Made by a program: the position numbers and the translations under genes. This document shows positions 1 to 8,599 of a DNA stretch of 49,351 nt, in pieces. Location of the stretch: positions 1 through 49,351 of the forward strand of contig DASQPE010000293.1 of NCBI GenBank assembly GCA_035644115.1, read 5' to 3'. Under the pieces are notes generated by a model that ran no database searches, was not told the DNA's origin, and saw only the letters and a program-made list of their open reading frames with translations. Source of the stretch: Gemmatimonadales bacterium. GTDB taxonomy: Bacteria; Gemmatimonadota; Gemmatimonadetes; Gemmatimonadales; GWC2-71-9. How positions within the stretch are numbered: the first letter of the stretch is position 1; each line of letters starts with the position of its first letter.

Positions 1-765
1 GTTCATGGTGCTGGTGATCCGGACCGGATTGGTGCCGACCAGCATCAGCCGAATGAAGTTGCCTTGCTCCTTCATCAGAGTGGTCAGCTGGTCCTTCAGC
101 GCCAGCGATGCGTCACGGGGACTGGTGACTTTGAACGAGACCTTCCGTCCCTTGGTGCGGGCGAGGCGGTCGGTTGGCGGGGTCCAGTCGAAGCCGATGC
201 GGGTGCCAACCGCATCTCCGACCTTGCCCTGCTGCACGGCGAGTCCTTCGGCCGAGCGTAGGCTGAAGCTGCGGCCGGCGCGGTCGGTCTGCAGGACGTA
301 CTCGCCCGGCCGGAATCGCTCCCGCAACCGGAAGTTGGTGAAGAGGACGGAATCCTTCGGATCGGTGAACGTCAGATACAGCCGCTCGCGCGCAACCACC
401 GAGTCGAGCACGGTGAACGTGGTGAGGAGCTCGACCCAGTTGTACCCCTCTACTACGGAGCCGGCGCGTACCGGACCGCCGTGACCGGACGGACTCTCGA
501 TCCAGATTGTCGCCTGCACCGTGTACTGCGGCTTCATGAAGCGGGTCGCCAGCACGGTGGCCCCGGTGCCGACGATAATCACCAGCAGCATGAGCCACTT
601 GTAGCGACGGAGCGCCGAGATATAGCGCCGCCACGGAATGCCGCCACCTTCAGCGGGCGGCTGGAACGGCGTCAGATCGTAGTCGAGCGCTGGGGCAGGC
701 GTGAAGGCCGGCGGCTGGACCAAGGCGCCGGGGGGATCGCCGGGAGGAAGAAAATTACCAGCCAT
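1..765 (-). CDS. Polysaccharide chain-length determinant (Wzz/GumC-type) protein, N-terminal part; the 3' end lies beyond the window start
   Basis: Absent from the ORF track because it runs off the edge. Hand translation of the minus strand from ATG 765..763 stays open to base 1 (255 codons): MAGNFLPPGDPPGALVQPPAFTPAPALDYDLTPFQPPAEGGGIPWRRYISALRRYKWLMLLVIIVGTGATVLATRFMKPQYTVQATIWIES... The RRYKW motif, a TM helix and then KPxYxxxAxIxI are the usual start of a Wzz domain in EPS co-polymerases. Confidence 0.7.
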   Translation of the reverse strand, partial: MAGNFLPPGDPPGALVQPPAFTPAPALDYDLTPFQPPAEGGGIPWRRYISALRRYKWLMLLVIIVGTGATVLATRFMKPQYTVQATIWIESPSGHGGPVRAGSVVEGYNWVELLTTFTVLDSVVARERLYLTFTDPKDSVLFTNFRLRERFRPGEYVLQTDRAGRSFSLRSAEGLAVQQGKVGDAVGTRIGFDWTPPTDRLARTKGRKVSFKVTSPRDASLALKDQLTTLMKEQGNFIRLMLVGTNPVRITSTMN

Positions 766-1012
766 GAGTCTGAGTCCATGCTCCTGGAGATCGTTCAGGC
801 GATATGCCGCACGCCGCGGAAAACGGTCCCCGCCACTGCAAACTAAGGACCGCGAACGTGGCGGCAAGCGACCAGCCCGGAAGCAGGTGCGGGCTCCAAC
901 GATATGCGTGGTCCGGGGTGCCGGCCATGAGGGCCCCCCGGTCTGTTGCACGGACCTTGCACTCGTTGCGTGGGGCCACCAGATACCTGTGGCTCGGATG
1001 ACACCTTGGTGC

Positions 1013-1041
1013 TTGACACGTGCCGCATGGTGTGGTATCCA
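1013..1041 (+). promoter_or_regulatory. Candidate sigma70-type promoter (TTGACA-17 nt-TATCCA) upstream of the sigma54 regulator operon
   Basis: TTGACA at 1013..1018, a 17-nt spacer, TATCCA at 1036..1041, about 150 nt upstream of ATG 1191. Sequence match only. Confidence 0.25.
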
Positions 1042-1190
1042 AGTGACGCCGGCGCTTAACCCAAGGTCTTGTAGGCGAGTTGTGGAACGCCATCTGCTAA
1101 GGTGACTGCCGCTCGGGTCCCACCCGGCTGGAGGCATTCAGACTCGCGCCCGCCTCCGGCCGACCAGCGCCATCCCTAAGGAGAGTCCGC

Positions 1191-2717
1191 ATGGGCAGTT
1201 CGCTTGCATCGTCGTCCCCGACCCCGACGCCGGCCGGTCCCGAGGCGACCGCCCGAGATCCGCTGTCGATCCCGAGCGACGTCAAGGCCAGCATTCGGGT
1301 ACTCGTGGTGGACGACGAGCGAACCCTGCGGGAGAGTTGCGCCAGCGTGCTACAGATGGACGGCTACAATGTGACGCTGGTGGGGCGGGGAGAGGAGGCG
1401 CTCGAAACAGTCAAGCGGCGCAAGTTCGACATCATCCTGGTCGACCTTTACATGTCCCAGGTGTCGGGCCTGCAGATCCTCCAAGGAGCGCTCGAGGCGT
1501 ACAAGGATACCATTGTCGTGGTCATGACCGGCAATCCGAGTGTGACCACCAGCATCGAGGCGCTTCGAGCGGGGGCCTGGGACTACCTTCCCAAGCCGTT
1601 CTCGGCCACACACCTGCAGGTGCTGATCGGCCGCGCCTCGCATGCCGTGATGGTCGGGCGGGAGGCGCAGGACCTCCGTCTGCAGCTGATGAAGCAGAAC
1701 GGGCAGAGCGAGAAGATCGCCCTCATCGGCATCTCGCCGCCGTTCCGCAAGGCGGTGGACCTGGCCCGCAAAGTCGCCGGGACCGATGCGTCGGTCTTCA
1801 TCAGCGGGGAAAGCGGGACCGGCAAGGAGCTCATCGCCCAGTTCATCCACCAGTACAGCCGGCGGGCGCACAAGACGCTGGTGCCGATCAACTGCGCGGC
1901 TTTGCCGGAGGGGCTGCTCGAGAGCGAGCTCTTCGGGCACCGGAAAGGCTCGTTCACCGGCGCCGACCGGGACAAGCCCGGGTTGCTGGAGACGGCGAAT
2001 GGGGGCACGCTCTTTCTGGACGAGCTCACCGAGATGTCGATGCCGCTCCAGGCCAAGCTCCTGCGGGTGATCCAGGACGGCGTCGTCCGGCGGGTCGGGA
2101 GCGAGCAGGTGGACGCCGTGGTGGACGTCCGGTTCATTTCGGCTACCAACCGCGACCCGCAAGAGGCGGTAGACCAGGGCGCTCTCCGGAGCGACCTCTT
2201 TTATCGGTTGCGGGTAGTGCCGATCGCGCTCCCGCCGCTCCGTAAGCGGCAGGAAGACATCGCGATGCTGGCCAACCATTTCCTCACGTACTATTGGCAC
2301 CGTCATCGCCAGATGGGCGACCGGGCCCCCCGGCTCAGCGATGCCAGCATCGGGTTTCTCCGGTCGCGGCCCTGGCGAGGTAACGTTCGCGAGCTCCAGA
2401 ACGTCATCGAGCATGTCGCCGTCCTGGCGGAGCCGGATCAGATCATCCAGCCGAACGACATCCCGATCTATGAGGACGCGGCGGAATGGCCTGCCGAGGC
2501 CGCCGTCCCCGCCGGGGTGATGGACGAGGCCTACCACGTGGCAAAAGACCGGATCGTGGCGCAATTCGAGCGGGAATACCTGAGCCGTCTGATCAACCGT
2601 GCTGGGGGCAACATGTCGAAGGCAGCCCGCCTGGCCAGCATCGACCGGACCACCCTGTACCGGTTGATGGACAAGCACGAGTTCCATCGAGAAGAGAGCA
2701 CAGGGACGCCCGAGTGA
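1191..2717 (+). CDS. Sigma54-dependent two-component response regulator (NtrC family: REC + AAA+ + Fis-type HTH)
   Basis: Receiver motifs (RVLVVDDERTLRE, DIILVDLYM), Walker A GESGTGKELIAQFIH, GSFTGA (a GAFTGA variant), Walker B LFLDEL, C-terminal HTH NMSKAARLASIDRTTLYRLM. Confidence 0.95.
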   Translation: MGSSLASSSPTPTPAGPEATARDPLSIPSDVKASIRVLVVDDERTLRESCASVLQMDGYNVTLVGRGEEALETVKRRKFDIILVDLYMSQVSGLQILQGALEAYKDTIVVVMTGNPSVTTSIEALRAGAWDYLPKPFSATHLQVLIGRASHAVMVGREAQDLRLQLMKQNGQSEKIALIGISPPFRKAVDLARKVAGTDASVFISGESGTGKELIAQFIHQYSRRAHKTLVPINCAALPEGLLESELFGHRKGSFTGADRDKPGLLETANGGTLFLDELTEMSMPLQAKLLRVIQDGVVRRVGSEQVDAVVDVRFISATNRDPQEAVDQGALRSDLFYRLRVVPIALPPLRKRQEDIAMLANHFLTYYWHRHRQMGDRAPRLSDASIGFLRSRPWRGNVRELQNVIEHVAVLAEPDQIIQPNDIPIYEDAAEWPAEAAVPAGVMDEAYHVAKDRIVAQFEREYLSRLINRAGGNMSKAARLASIDRTTLYRLMDKHEFHREESTGTPE

Positions 2718-3892
2718 AATCGGAGGCCGCGCTGCCCCACTCGACCAGCGGGGAACGCCGGCGCGCGTCCGGGCCGGCCTACCCCGCCCCGGTGCGGGTG
2801 TGGGATCCGGAGGGCCCTTCTGGCGGCGGCCTGGCGCCGTCAGTGTGGGAGGCCCTGCGGGAGAGCGTCCTGGCCGTCCAATCCCGCTGGGAAAGCGTGG
2901 TGGAGCACGCGGCGTCGCCGGAAGAGGTGGTGGCGCACGTCGCCTATCTGTGCGCGGCGATCCGGGAAGCGGGGAGCGGGCAGGATCCCGATATGGGGCT
3001 GGTGCCCCGGAACGCGCTGGCGCGCCGGCTGGTGGCGATGATCCGAGGCGCCGTGCTCGAGCGGCTGGAGGCGCTCACGCCCCCACCGGAGCCGGGCCAG
3101 GCGCTGCGGCTCTTGGGCGCGGTGGAGCGGATCGCGCAGCGGCTGGAGGTCGATTGGTCGCAGCGGTTCACCGACCGCCTTGCCGGACCCGACGGCCTCG
3201 AGCTGGTCGTCGAAGTAGCCCACGATCTCCGGTCTCCGCTCACCTCCGTTCTCTTCCTCGCCGAAACCCTGCAACGCGCCCGGAGCGGCCCGGTGAACTC
3301 GGTCCAGGAGCGGCAGCTCGGCCTCATTTACAGCGCGGCGTTCGGGCTGAGCTCCGTCGCGAGCGACGTGATCGAGCTGGCGCGGGGTGGTGACCGATTG
3401 GTCGATCTCGACCCCATCCCGTTCTCCATCACCGACATTCTCGAATCGGTGCGGGACATCGTGCTGCCGATCGCGGAGGAGAAGTCGCTCACCGTACGCC
3501 TCTCGCCGCCGGACGCCGACTTTCGCATCGGTCATCCGGTGGCGCTCAGCCGGGTGCTTCTCAACCTCACGACCAACGCCCTCAAGTTCACCGCCGAAGG
3601 CTTCGTCGAGGTGGCGGCGCGCCAGGTATCGGCCAGCGGGGTCGAGTTTTCGGTGCGCGATACCGGCCGGGGGATTCCGCCGCAGTCGATGGCCACCTTG
3701 TTCGAGCCGTTCCGCCGACGACAGAAGCAGGGTGAGTACGCGTTTTCCGGATCGGGGCTTGGCCTTTCGATCTGCCGCAAGCTGGTCGAGGCCATGGGGT
3801 CGAGCCTCGAGGTGGAGACCGCACCCCAGTTCGGCACCCGGTTCCATTTCGTGCTGGCGCTGCCGCTGGCCGGCGAAGGTATGATCGGGTAA
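2714..3892 (+). CDS. Sensor histidine kinase (HisKA + HATPase_c), apparently cytoplasmic
   Basis: H-box VAHDLRSPLTSV, N-box LLNLTTNALKFT, G1 VRDTGRGIPP, G2 GSGLGLSICRKLVE. The track start 2486 lies inside the upstream gene. GTG 2714 overlaps that gene's TGA (GTGA), so it is preferred. No TM helix seen. Confidence 0.85.
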   Translation: MKSEAALPHSTSGERRRASGPAYPAPVRVWDPEGPSGGGLAPSVWEALRESVLAVQSRWESVVEHAASPEEVVAHVAYLCAAIREAGSGQDPDMGLVPRNALARRLVAMIRGAVLERLEALTPPPEPGQALRLLGAVERIAQRLEVDWSQRFTDRLAGPDGLELVVEVAHDLRSPLTSVLFLAETLQRARSGPVNSVQERQLGLIYSAAFGLSSVASDVIELARGGDRLVDLDPIPFSITDILESVRDIVLPIAEEKSLTVRLSPPDADFRIGHPVALSRVLLNLTTNALKFTAEGFVEVAARQVSASGVEFSVRDTGRGIPPQSMATLFEPFRRRQKQGEYAFSGSGLGLSICRKLVEAMGSSLEVETAPQFGTRFHFVLALPLAGEGMIG

Positions 3893-3893
3893 G

Positions 3894-3981
3894 AAACGGT
3901 GAACGGTAAACGGTCAACCGTGAACGGGGGGGCTCCCGGGCAGGGCGTCCCCCGTTCACTGTTTACCGTTCACCGTTTACC
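3894..3981. repeat. Long imperfect palindrome with heptad-repeat arms (GGTGAAC/GGTAAAC/GGTCAAC/CGTGAAC + G5 ... C5 + complements); putative terminator of the kinase operon
   Basis: Read directly. The left arm 3898..3930 pairs with the right arm 3949..3981 at 29 of 33 positions, with loop GGCTCCCGGGCAGGCGT-like. It starts 2 nt after the TAA at 3892. Confidence 0.7.
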
Positions 3982-4307
3982 TTTGGGGCGACGCGATGTC
4001 CGGCTATACGGCGCCGGGGTTGCGTGCGGGTCTGGGACACCGGCCCGACGGCAGGCCTGAACGTGCGGCGGCGACCCGGCCGACCAGCGCAGGCATTCCG
4101 TCGAATGGTCCTCCGGCCCCGCTGGTTCGCACCCGTGGAGGGTGCGGTCGTGCGTGGTGAGGGACTCGATGAGCCCCGTCGCCAACGATCCGATTGACTA
4201 CGAGGTCCCCATCCCGGGCGCTTCTTCGTCGCATTCCCACCGACCGGGTCCGGCACGGTGAAGCGACGGTAGTTCGCCGGGGTGCCGGGGCTGAAACCGA
4301 GTGCCAC

Positions 4308-5879
4308 GTGAGCTCACCATTGAACCGCCCGAGCCGGCATCTGCCGAGCCCGCCCGTGCACGCCCCCAACGCGGCGCTGCTGATCGACTTCGACAACGTT
4401 ACCCTCGGGATCCGGTCCGACCTCACCAAAGAGCTTCGCACCCTCCTCAATAGCGACATTATCAAGGGGAAAGTGGCCGTCCAGCGGGCCTACGCCGACT
4501 GGCGGCGCTATCCGCAGTACATTGTGCCGCTGTCCGAGTCCTCGATCGACCTGATCTTCGCCCCCGCATTCGGCACCAGCAAGAAGAACGCGACCGACAT
4601 CCGGCTGGCCATTGACGCCATCGAGCTGGTATTCATCCGCCCCGAGATCGGCATGTTCATCATCATGTCGGGCGACAGCGACTTCTCGACCATGGTGATC
4701 AAGCTGAAGGAGTACGGGAAGTACGTGATCGGGGTGGGCATTCGGGAATCGGCCAGCGATCTGCTGATCCAGAACTGCGACGAGTACTACTCGTACAGTG
4801 ACCTCGCCGGCCTCACCAAGGAGGTCGATACCCCCTCGGTCCAGCGCGACCCCTGGGAGCTCGCCCGCGAGGCGGTCGGGCAGATGGTCCGAAACGGCGA
4901 CGTGATGCGCTCCGACCGTCTGAAGCAGGTCATGCAGCAAATCGATCCAAACTTTGACGAGAAGAACGCGGGCTTCAGCCGGTTCAGCAAGTTCGTCCTC
5001 GAGGCGGGCCAGCGCGGCGTCGTCCAAGTGACCAAGATGGACAACGGGCAGTTCGAGGTGGCCCCGACGGGATCCGCCCCGGTGGCTCCTGTCGCCGAGG
5101 CATCCCGCAACGGGGTACGAGAGCCCGCTGAAGAGGGCGAGCGCCGCGGGCGGGGTCGTGGGCGGGGGCGCGGCCGTGGGCGCGATCGCGCTGCCGGCGG
5201 GGCGCCCAGATCCACGGCGCCGGTGGAGCGGCCGGCCGTCGTGGTGCGGGGGGACGGGACGCTGACGCTGGCGGCCGCGTTCCAGCTGATCACGCGCGCC
5301 CTGACGGAGCTCAAGCCGCCGGTGCCGCACGAAGCGCTGCGTCTCAGGATGGTCGCCCTGCGCGGGCGCGAGGACACATTGCTCGAGCCCGGTCGCTTCC
5401 TTCGCCTGCTCCGTCAGGCCAACGACGCGGAAGTCGCTGACGTGCGAAAGCTGAACGAGAACGAATACGAGGTTGCGCCGCATCGGCACGATGCCACGGC
5501 ACCGGCTCCTCCCCCGCTGGCGGCTGCCGAGCCGTTGGCCATCGAGCCGGCCCCGGAGATCGAGGGCGAAGCTGCCGTCGCCCTGTCGAACGGGCAGCGG
5601 GCCGGGCTCCGTTTCCGGCGGGGCTCGCGCGGCGGTGTGAGAGCGGCCGGGATCCCGCTCATCGGCGTGGTCCAGGAGGAAGTGGCGGCCAGTGAGCCGG
5701 TCGCGGAACCCGCAGCCAAGCCCGCACGGCCCCGAGGTCGCGGACGCAAGCGCGCGGCTCCGGCGCGAGAAGAGCCGACCGAGACGGCTCCAGCTCAGGC
5801 GGCGACCGAGCCGGAGGGTGCTCCGACCCCACCGAGACGCCGGCCGGCCCGACCGCGAACCAGGAAGAAGCCGGAATGA
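4308..5879 (+). CDS. NYN (LabA-like) ribonuclease-fold domain + OST-HTH/LOTUS domain protein with RG-repeat linker and basic Pro/Arg tail
   Basis: NYN signature LLIDFDNV...AYADW...KNATDIRLAIDA...IIMSGDSDFSTMVIKLKEYGKYVIGVG, then an OST-HTH-like segment (PWELAREAVGQMVRNGD...FSRFSKFVLEAGQRGVVQV). The RGRGRGRGRGRGR tract is encoded at about 5140..5185. The start is uncertain: the track start 4194 is TTG, and in-frame GTGs lie at 4308 and 4356. Confidence 0.8.
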   Translation: MSSPLNRPSRHLPSPPVHAPNAALLIDFDNVTLGIRSDLTKELRTLLNSDIIKGKVAVQRAYADWRRYPQYIVPLSESSIDLIFAPAFGTSKKNATDIRLAIDAIELVFIRPEIGMFIIMSGDSDFSTMVIKLKEYGKYVIGVGIRESASDLLIQNCDEYYSYSDLAGLTKEVDTPSVQRDPWELAREAVGQMVRNGDVMRSDRLKQVMQQIDPNFDEKNAGFSRFSKFVLEAGQRGVVQVTKMDNGQFEVAPTGSAPVAPVAEASRNGVREPAEEGERRGRGRGRGRGRGRDRAAGGAPRSTAPVERPAVVVRGDGTLTLAAAFQLITRALTELKPPVPHEALRLRMVALRGREDTLLEPGRFLRLLRQANDAEVADVRKLNENEYEVAPHRHDATAPAPPPLAAAEPLAIEPAPEIEGEAAVALSNGQRAGLRFRRGSRGGVRAAGIPLIGVVQEEVAASEPVAEPAAKPARPRGRGRKRAAPAREEPTETAPAQAATEPEGAPTPPRRRPARPRTRKKPE

Positions 5880-6520
5880 CGAGCCTCCAACGGGCAGCCA
5901 CGCTGCCCGTTCGGTTTTTCGCGCGTCCAGCGGATGCGGTGGCACGCGACCTCGTGGGGGCGCTGATCGTGTCCTCCATCGACGGGCAGAGCGCGATGGG
6001 CCGGATCGTCGAGACCGAGGCCTACCTGGGCTACGACGACCCGGCATCGCACGGCTACCGCCACCGGCGCCATGCGCAGAACGAAGCCCTTTATGGGCCG
6101 CCTGGGAGCTGGTACGTGTACCGGTCGTACGGCATCCACTGGTGTGCCAATCTGGTTTGCCAGGCGGAGGGTGACGGGAGCGCGGTGCTGCTTCGGGCGG
6201 TAGAGCCGCTCGAGGGCGTGGAGGTGATGCGTGGGCGGCGCCGCTTGGACGAGCCGGGCTTGCTGTGTGCGGGGCCGGGCCGCCTGTGTCAGGCGCTCGG
6301 GATTACCCGGCTGGGGCTCGATGGACAGATGATGGAGCAGTCGCCAGTTATGGAGCTGGCGCGGAACGGCTGGGCAGGCGCGGTGGAGGCGACCCCGCGG
6401 GTCGGTATTACGAAAGCAGTCGGCTGGCCGCTTCGCTTCGCGGCCGCGGGATCACCCTGGGTGTCGCGGCGCGGGATCAGTATCCCGCGCGTGGCTGCTC
6501 GCGAGCGCTCCCGAGGCTGA
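5876..6520 (+). CDS. mpg: DNA-3-methyladenine glycosylase (Mpg/AAG family)
   Basis: Family motifs FFARPADAVARDLVG, GRIVETEAYLG..DPASH, GPPGSWYVYRSYGIHWCANLV, AVLLRAVEP, GPGRLCQALGI. The ATG overlaps the upstream TGA (ATGA at 5876..5879). Confidence 0.9.
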   Translation: MTSLQRAATLPVRFFARPADAVARDLVGALIVSSIDGQSAMGRIVETEAYLGYDDPASHGYRHRRHAQNEALYGPPGSWYVYRSYGIHWCANLVCQAEGDGSAVLLRAVEPLEGVEVMRGRRRLDEPGLLCAGPGRLCQALGITRLGLDGQMMEQSPVMELARNGWAGAVEATPRVGITKAVGWPLRFAAAGSPWVSRRGISIPRVAARERSRG

Positions 6521-7163
6521 CCCGGAGGCCGCCGCTGAACGTGTGGGTGGATCCGACCAGCAAGCGCCCGCTGGCGCCGCTGTCGAGCGTCTTGTCGCCC
6601 TGCGCGGACGTGAGCTGGTACTGCCCGAACGCGACCAGGCGACCCACCTTGAACTGCAGACCCCCCACCAACGTGGCAAATCCGGTGCTGCCGAGGTCCC
6701 GTGCGTCCTGGGTTGCCTGCGCCAGTGCGGCGGGCGTGGCAAACGCGGTGCCCGTCGGCTGCGGATTTACCGCGTGCATGATGCCGACGCCAATCCCCAG
6801 GTAGGGCTGGGCTGCCGACCGGATCGGGAACGCGGTGATGACCGCGGAGTACTTGCGAATGTCGTTGAACTGCACCGTCTGAGTCGTCCCGGTCTGGTCG
6901 AAGTACGCGCTCTGCTCGTTGGATCCGACGCCCTCGTCTACCGAGAGCAGGAGCGCCGTCCGCCGGGCGGTGATGAGCGTGTGCCCGCCGGCCGTGAACA
7001 TCCCTCCCCGGGTCTGGGCCGGAGTCCGGAAGACCAGCACGCCAGCCTGACCACCGACGTACCACTGGAAGTCGCCCTGGACCGGCGCTTGGGCGGCGAG
7101 GCGCGCCGCGCCCACGGCGAGCACCAGTCCTGCGACGGTCAGACTCCGGGTGAGCTTGCTCAT
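6477..7163 (-). CDS. Outer-membrane beta-barrel protein (small porin/OmpW-like class) with signal peptide
   Basis: Signal peptide MSKLTRSLTVAGLVLAVGAARLAAQAP, alternating beta-strand pattern rich in G/Y/F/T, and a GGAGG Shine-Dalgarno (plus-strand CCTCC 7171..7175) 7 nt upstream of the ATG. The 3' end overlaps mpg by 44 bp. Confidence 0.75.
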   Translation of the reverse strand: MSKLTRSLTVAGLVLAVGAARLAAQAPVQGDFQWYVGGQAGVLVFRTPAQTRGGMFTAGGHTLITARRTALLLSVDEGVGSNEQSAYFDQTGTTQTVQFNDIRKYSAVITAFPIRSAAQPYLGIGVGIMHAVNPQPTGTAFATPAALAQATQDARDLGSTGFATLVGGLQFKVGRLVAFGQYQLTSAQGDKTLDSGASGRLLVGSTHTFSGGLRVSLGSAREQPRAGY

Positions 7164-7342
7164 CAGACTGCCTCCGTGGGTAGGACGACCGACAGCGGAC
7201 CGGTCCGGAAAATTGCGTGAGTTCCGGTGGAGTGCGACGTAGAGCGGGGTGTTTTCCCGTCCCGGCCGCGCTCGCTAAGTTGTTGTTGTGTAATCGCCTG
7301 CGAAAGTGACCGCTGATTGTCGCCGCGGCCCCGCGACCAAAC

Positions 7343-7362
7343 TTGCACTACGGGGAGTGCAA
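7343..7362 (-). terminator. Weak hairpin downstream of kbl (TTGCACT-6 nt-AGTGCAA, followed on the minus strand by GTTTGG)
   Basis: 7-bp stem read directly, 23 nt downstream of the kbl stop. The U-tract is poor. Confidence 0.3.
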
Positions 7363-7384
7363 AGAACGGGCCTCCCCTGCTTGG

Positions 7385-8599
7385 TCAGATCAAGCCGAGG
7401 CGCTGACCCACTTTTCGGAACGCAGCGAGCGCGCGATCCAAGTGCTCCCTTGTATGGGCCGCTGATATCTGGCAGCGGACCCGCGCCTGGCCTTGGGGGA
7501 CCACGGGAAAGCCGAAGCCGGTCACGAACACACCATCGTCCAGCAGCTCATTGCTGAGCCGAATGGCGAAGGCGGTCTCGCCCACGATGACGGGAACGAT
7601 GGGGGTCTCGCCCGGAAGCGGCTGGAAGCCCAGGCTCCGGAGCTGCTCGCGGAAGTATTGCGCGTTGTCCCGCAGGGTGCTGACCCGGTCCGGGTGGGCC
7701 TCCAGGTACTCCACGGCCGCGAGGGCGCTCGCGGCCACTGTCGGCGGCAGCGCGTTGGAAAACAGCTGGGGGCGGGCTCGCTGGGTAAGGTAGTCGCACA
7801 CGGCGGCGGAGCTCGCGACGAATCCGCCGGCGGCTCCTCCCAGTGCCTTGCCGAGGGTCGAGGTAATGATGTCGACGTCACCCACCATGCCGAAGTGCTC
7901 GGCGGTGCCCCGGCCGGTGGCGCCGAGGACGCCGGTCGCGTGCGAGTCGTCGACCACCAGCACGGCGTGGTGCTTCCGGCAAAGCTCCACCAGGTCGGGC
8001 AGTTTGGCGATCGCGCCTTCCATCGAGAATACGCCGTCGGTGATCACCATGCGAACGCGCCGGTCGCGCGCGGCTTGGAGCTTCAGGTCCAGGTCGGCGA
8101 GATCGGCGTGCTGGTAGACGCCCGTCTGGCACTTGGTGATGGCCTTGGCGAGACGAACGCCGTCGATGATGGATGCATGATTGAGCTGGTCGCTCAGGAC
8201 CAGGTCGTCCTCTCCGAGCAGCGTACCGGGGACCGCCTCGTTGGCGTTCCAGCAGCTCACGAAGCTGAGCGACGCTTCGGTCCCCACCAGACGGGCGCAG
8301 GCCTGCTCCAGCGCGCGGTGAATGGTGAACGTCCCGCAGATGAAGCGCACCGAGGCGGTCCCGGCGCCGAACCGGTCCAACGCCGCCTTGCCCGCCGCGA
8401 CCACCTCCGGCTGAGCGCTCAGCCCGAGGTAGTTGTTGGACGACAGAATGATGACCTCGCCCCGGCCTTCCATTCGAACCACCGGGCCCTGGGCGCTCTC
8501 CAGGAAATTGAGCCGCTTGTAGACCCCGGTCCGGCGGAACTCCTCGAGCTCGCTGCCGAGTCGCTGATCGAGGGGGTTCGCTTTGAGCGTGTGGCTCAT
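7385..8599 (-). CDS. kbl: Glycine C-acetyltransferase (2-amino-3-ketobutyrate CoA ligase)
   Basis: Typical Kbl N-terminus (LEEFRRTGVYKRLNFLES.QGP.V) and PLP-enzyme motifs (NNYLGL, DGVFSMEG, TLGKALGG). The track ORF start 8746 lies inside tdh. ATG 8599 overlaps the tdh TGA (ATGA). Confidence 0.95.
   Translation of the reverse strand: MSHTLKANPLDQRLGSELEEFRRTGVYKRLNFLESAQGPVVRMEGRGEVIILSSNNYLGLSAQPEVVAAGKAALDRFGAGTASVRFICGTFTIHRALEQACARLVGTEASLSFVSCWNANEAVPGTLLGEDDLVLSDQLNHASIIDGVRLAKAITKCQTGVYQHADLADLDLKLQAARDRRVRMVITDGVFSMEGAIAKLPDLVELCRKHHAVLVVDDSHATGVLGATGRGTAEHFGMVGDVDIITSTLGKALGGAAGGFVASSAAVCDYLTQRARPQLFSNALPPTVAASALAAVEYLEAHPDRVSTLRDNAQYFREQLRSLGFQPLPGETPIVPVIVGETAFAIRLSNELLDDGVFVTGFGFPVVPQGQARVRCQISAAHTREHLDRALAAFRKVGQRLGLI

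Noticed and set aside
946-961. Sigma54 promoter TTGCACGGACCTTGCA
   Set aside because: It matches the -12 TTGCA and the spacing, but the invariant -24 GG is TG. It is kept only as a weak note.
5140-5185. DNA-level tandem repeat (cgtggg/cggggg units)
   Set aside because: It is explained as the coding sequence of the in-frame RGRGRGRGRGRGR tract of the NYN-LOTUS protein, not as an independent repeat element.
4314-6047. 577-aa minus-strand ORF covering the NYN and mpg genes
   Set aside because: It is an antisense shadow ORF typical of high-GC DNA. It is Arg/Pro/Gly-dominated with no motifs, while the plus-strand genes carry clear family signatures.
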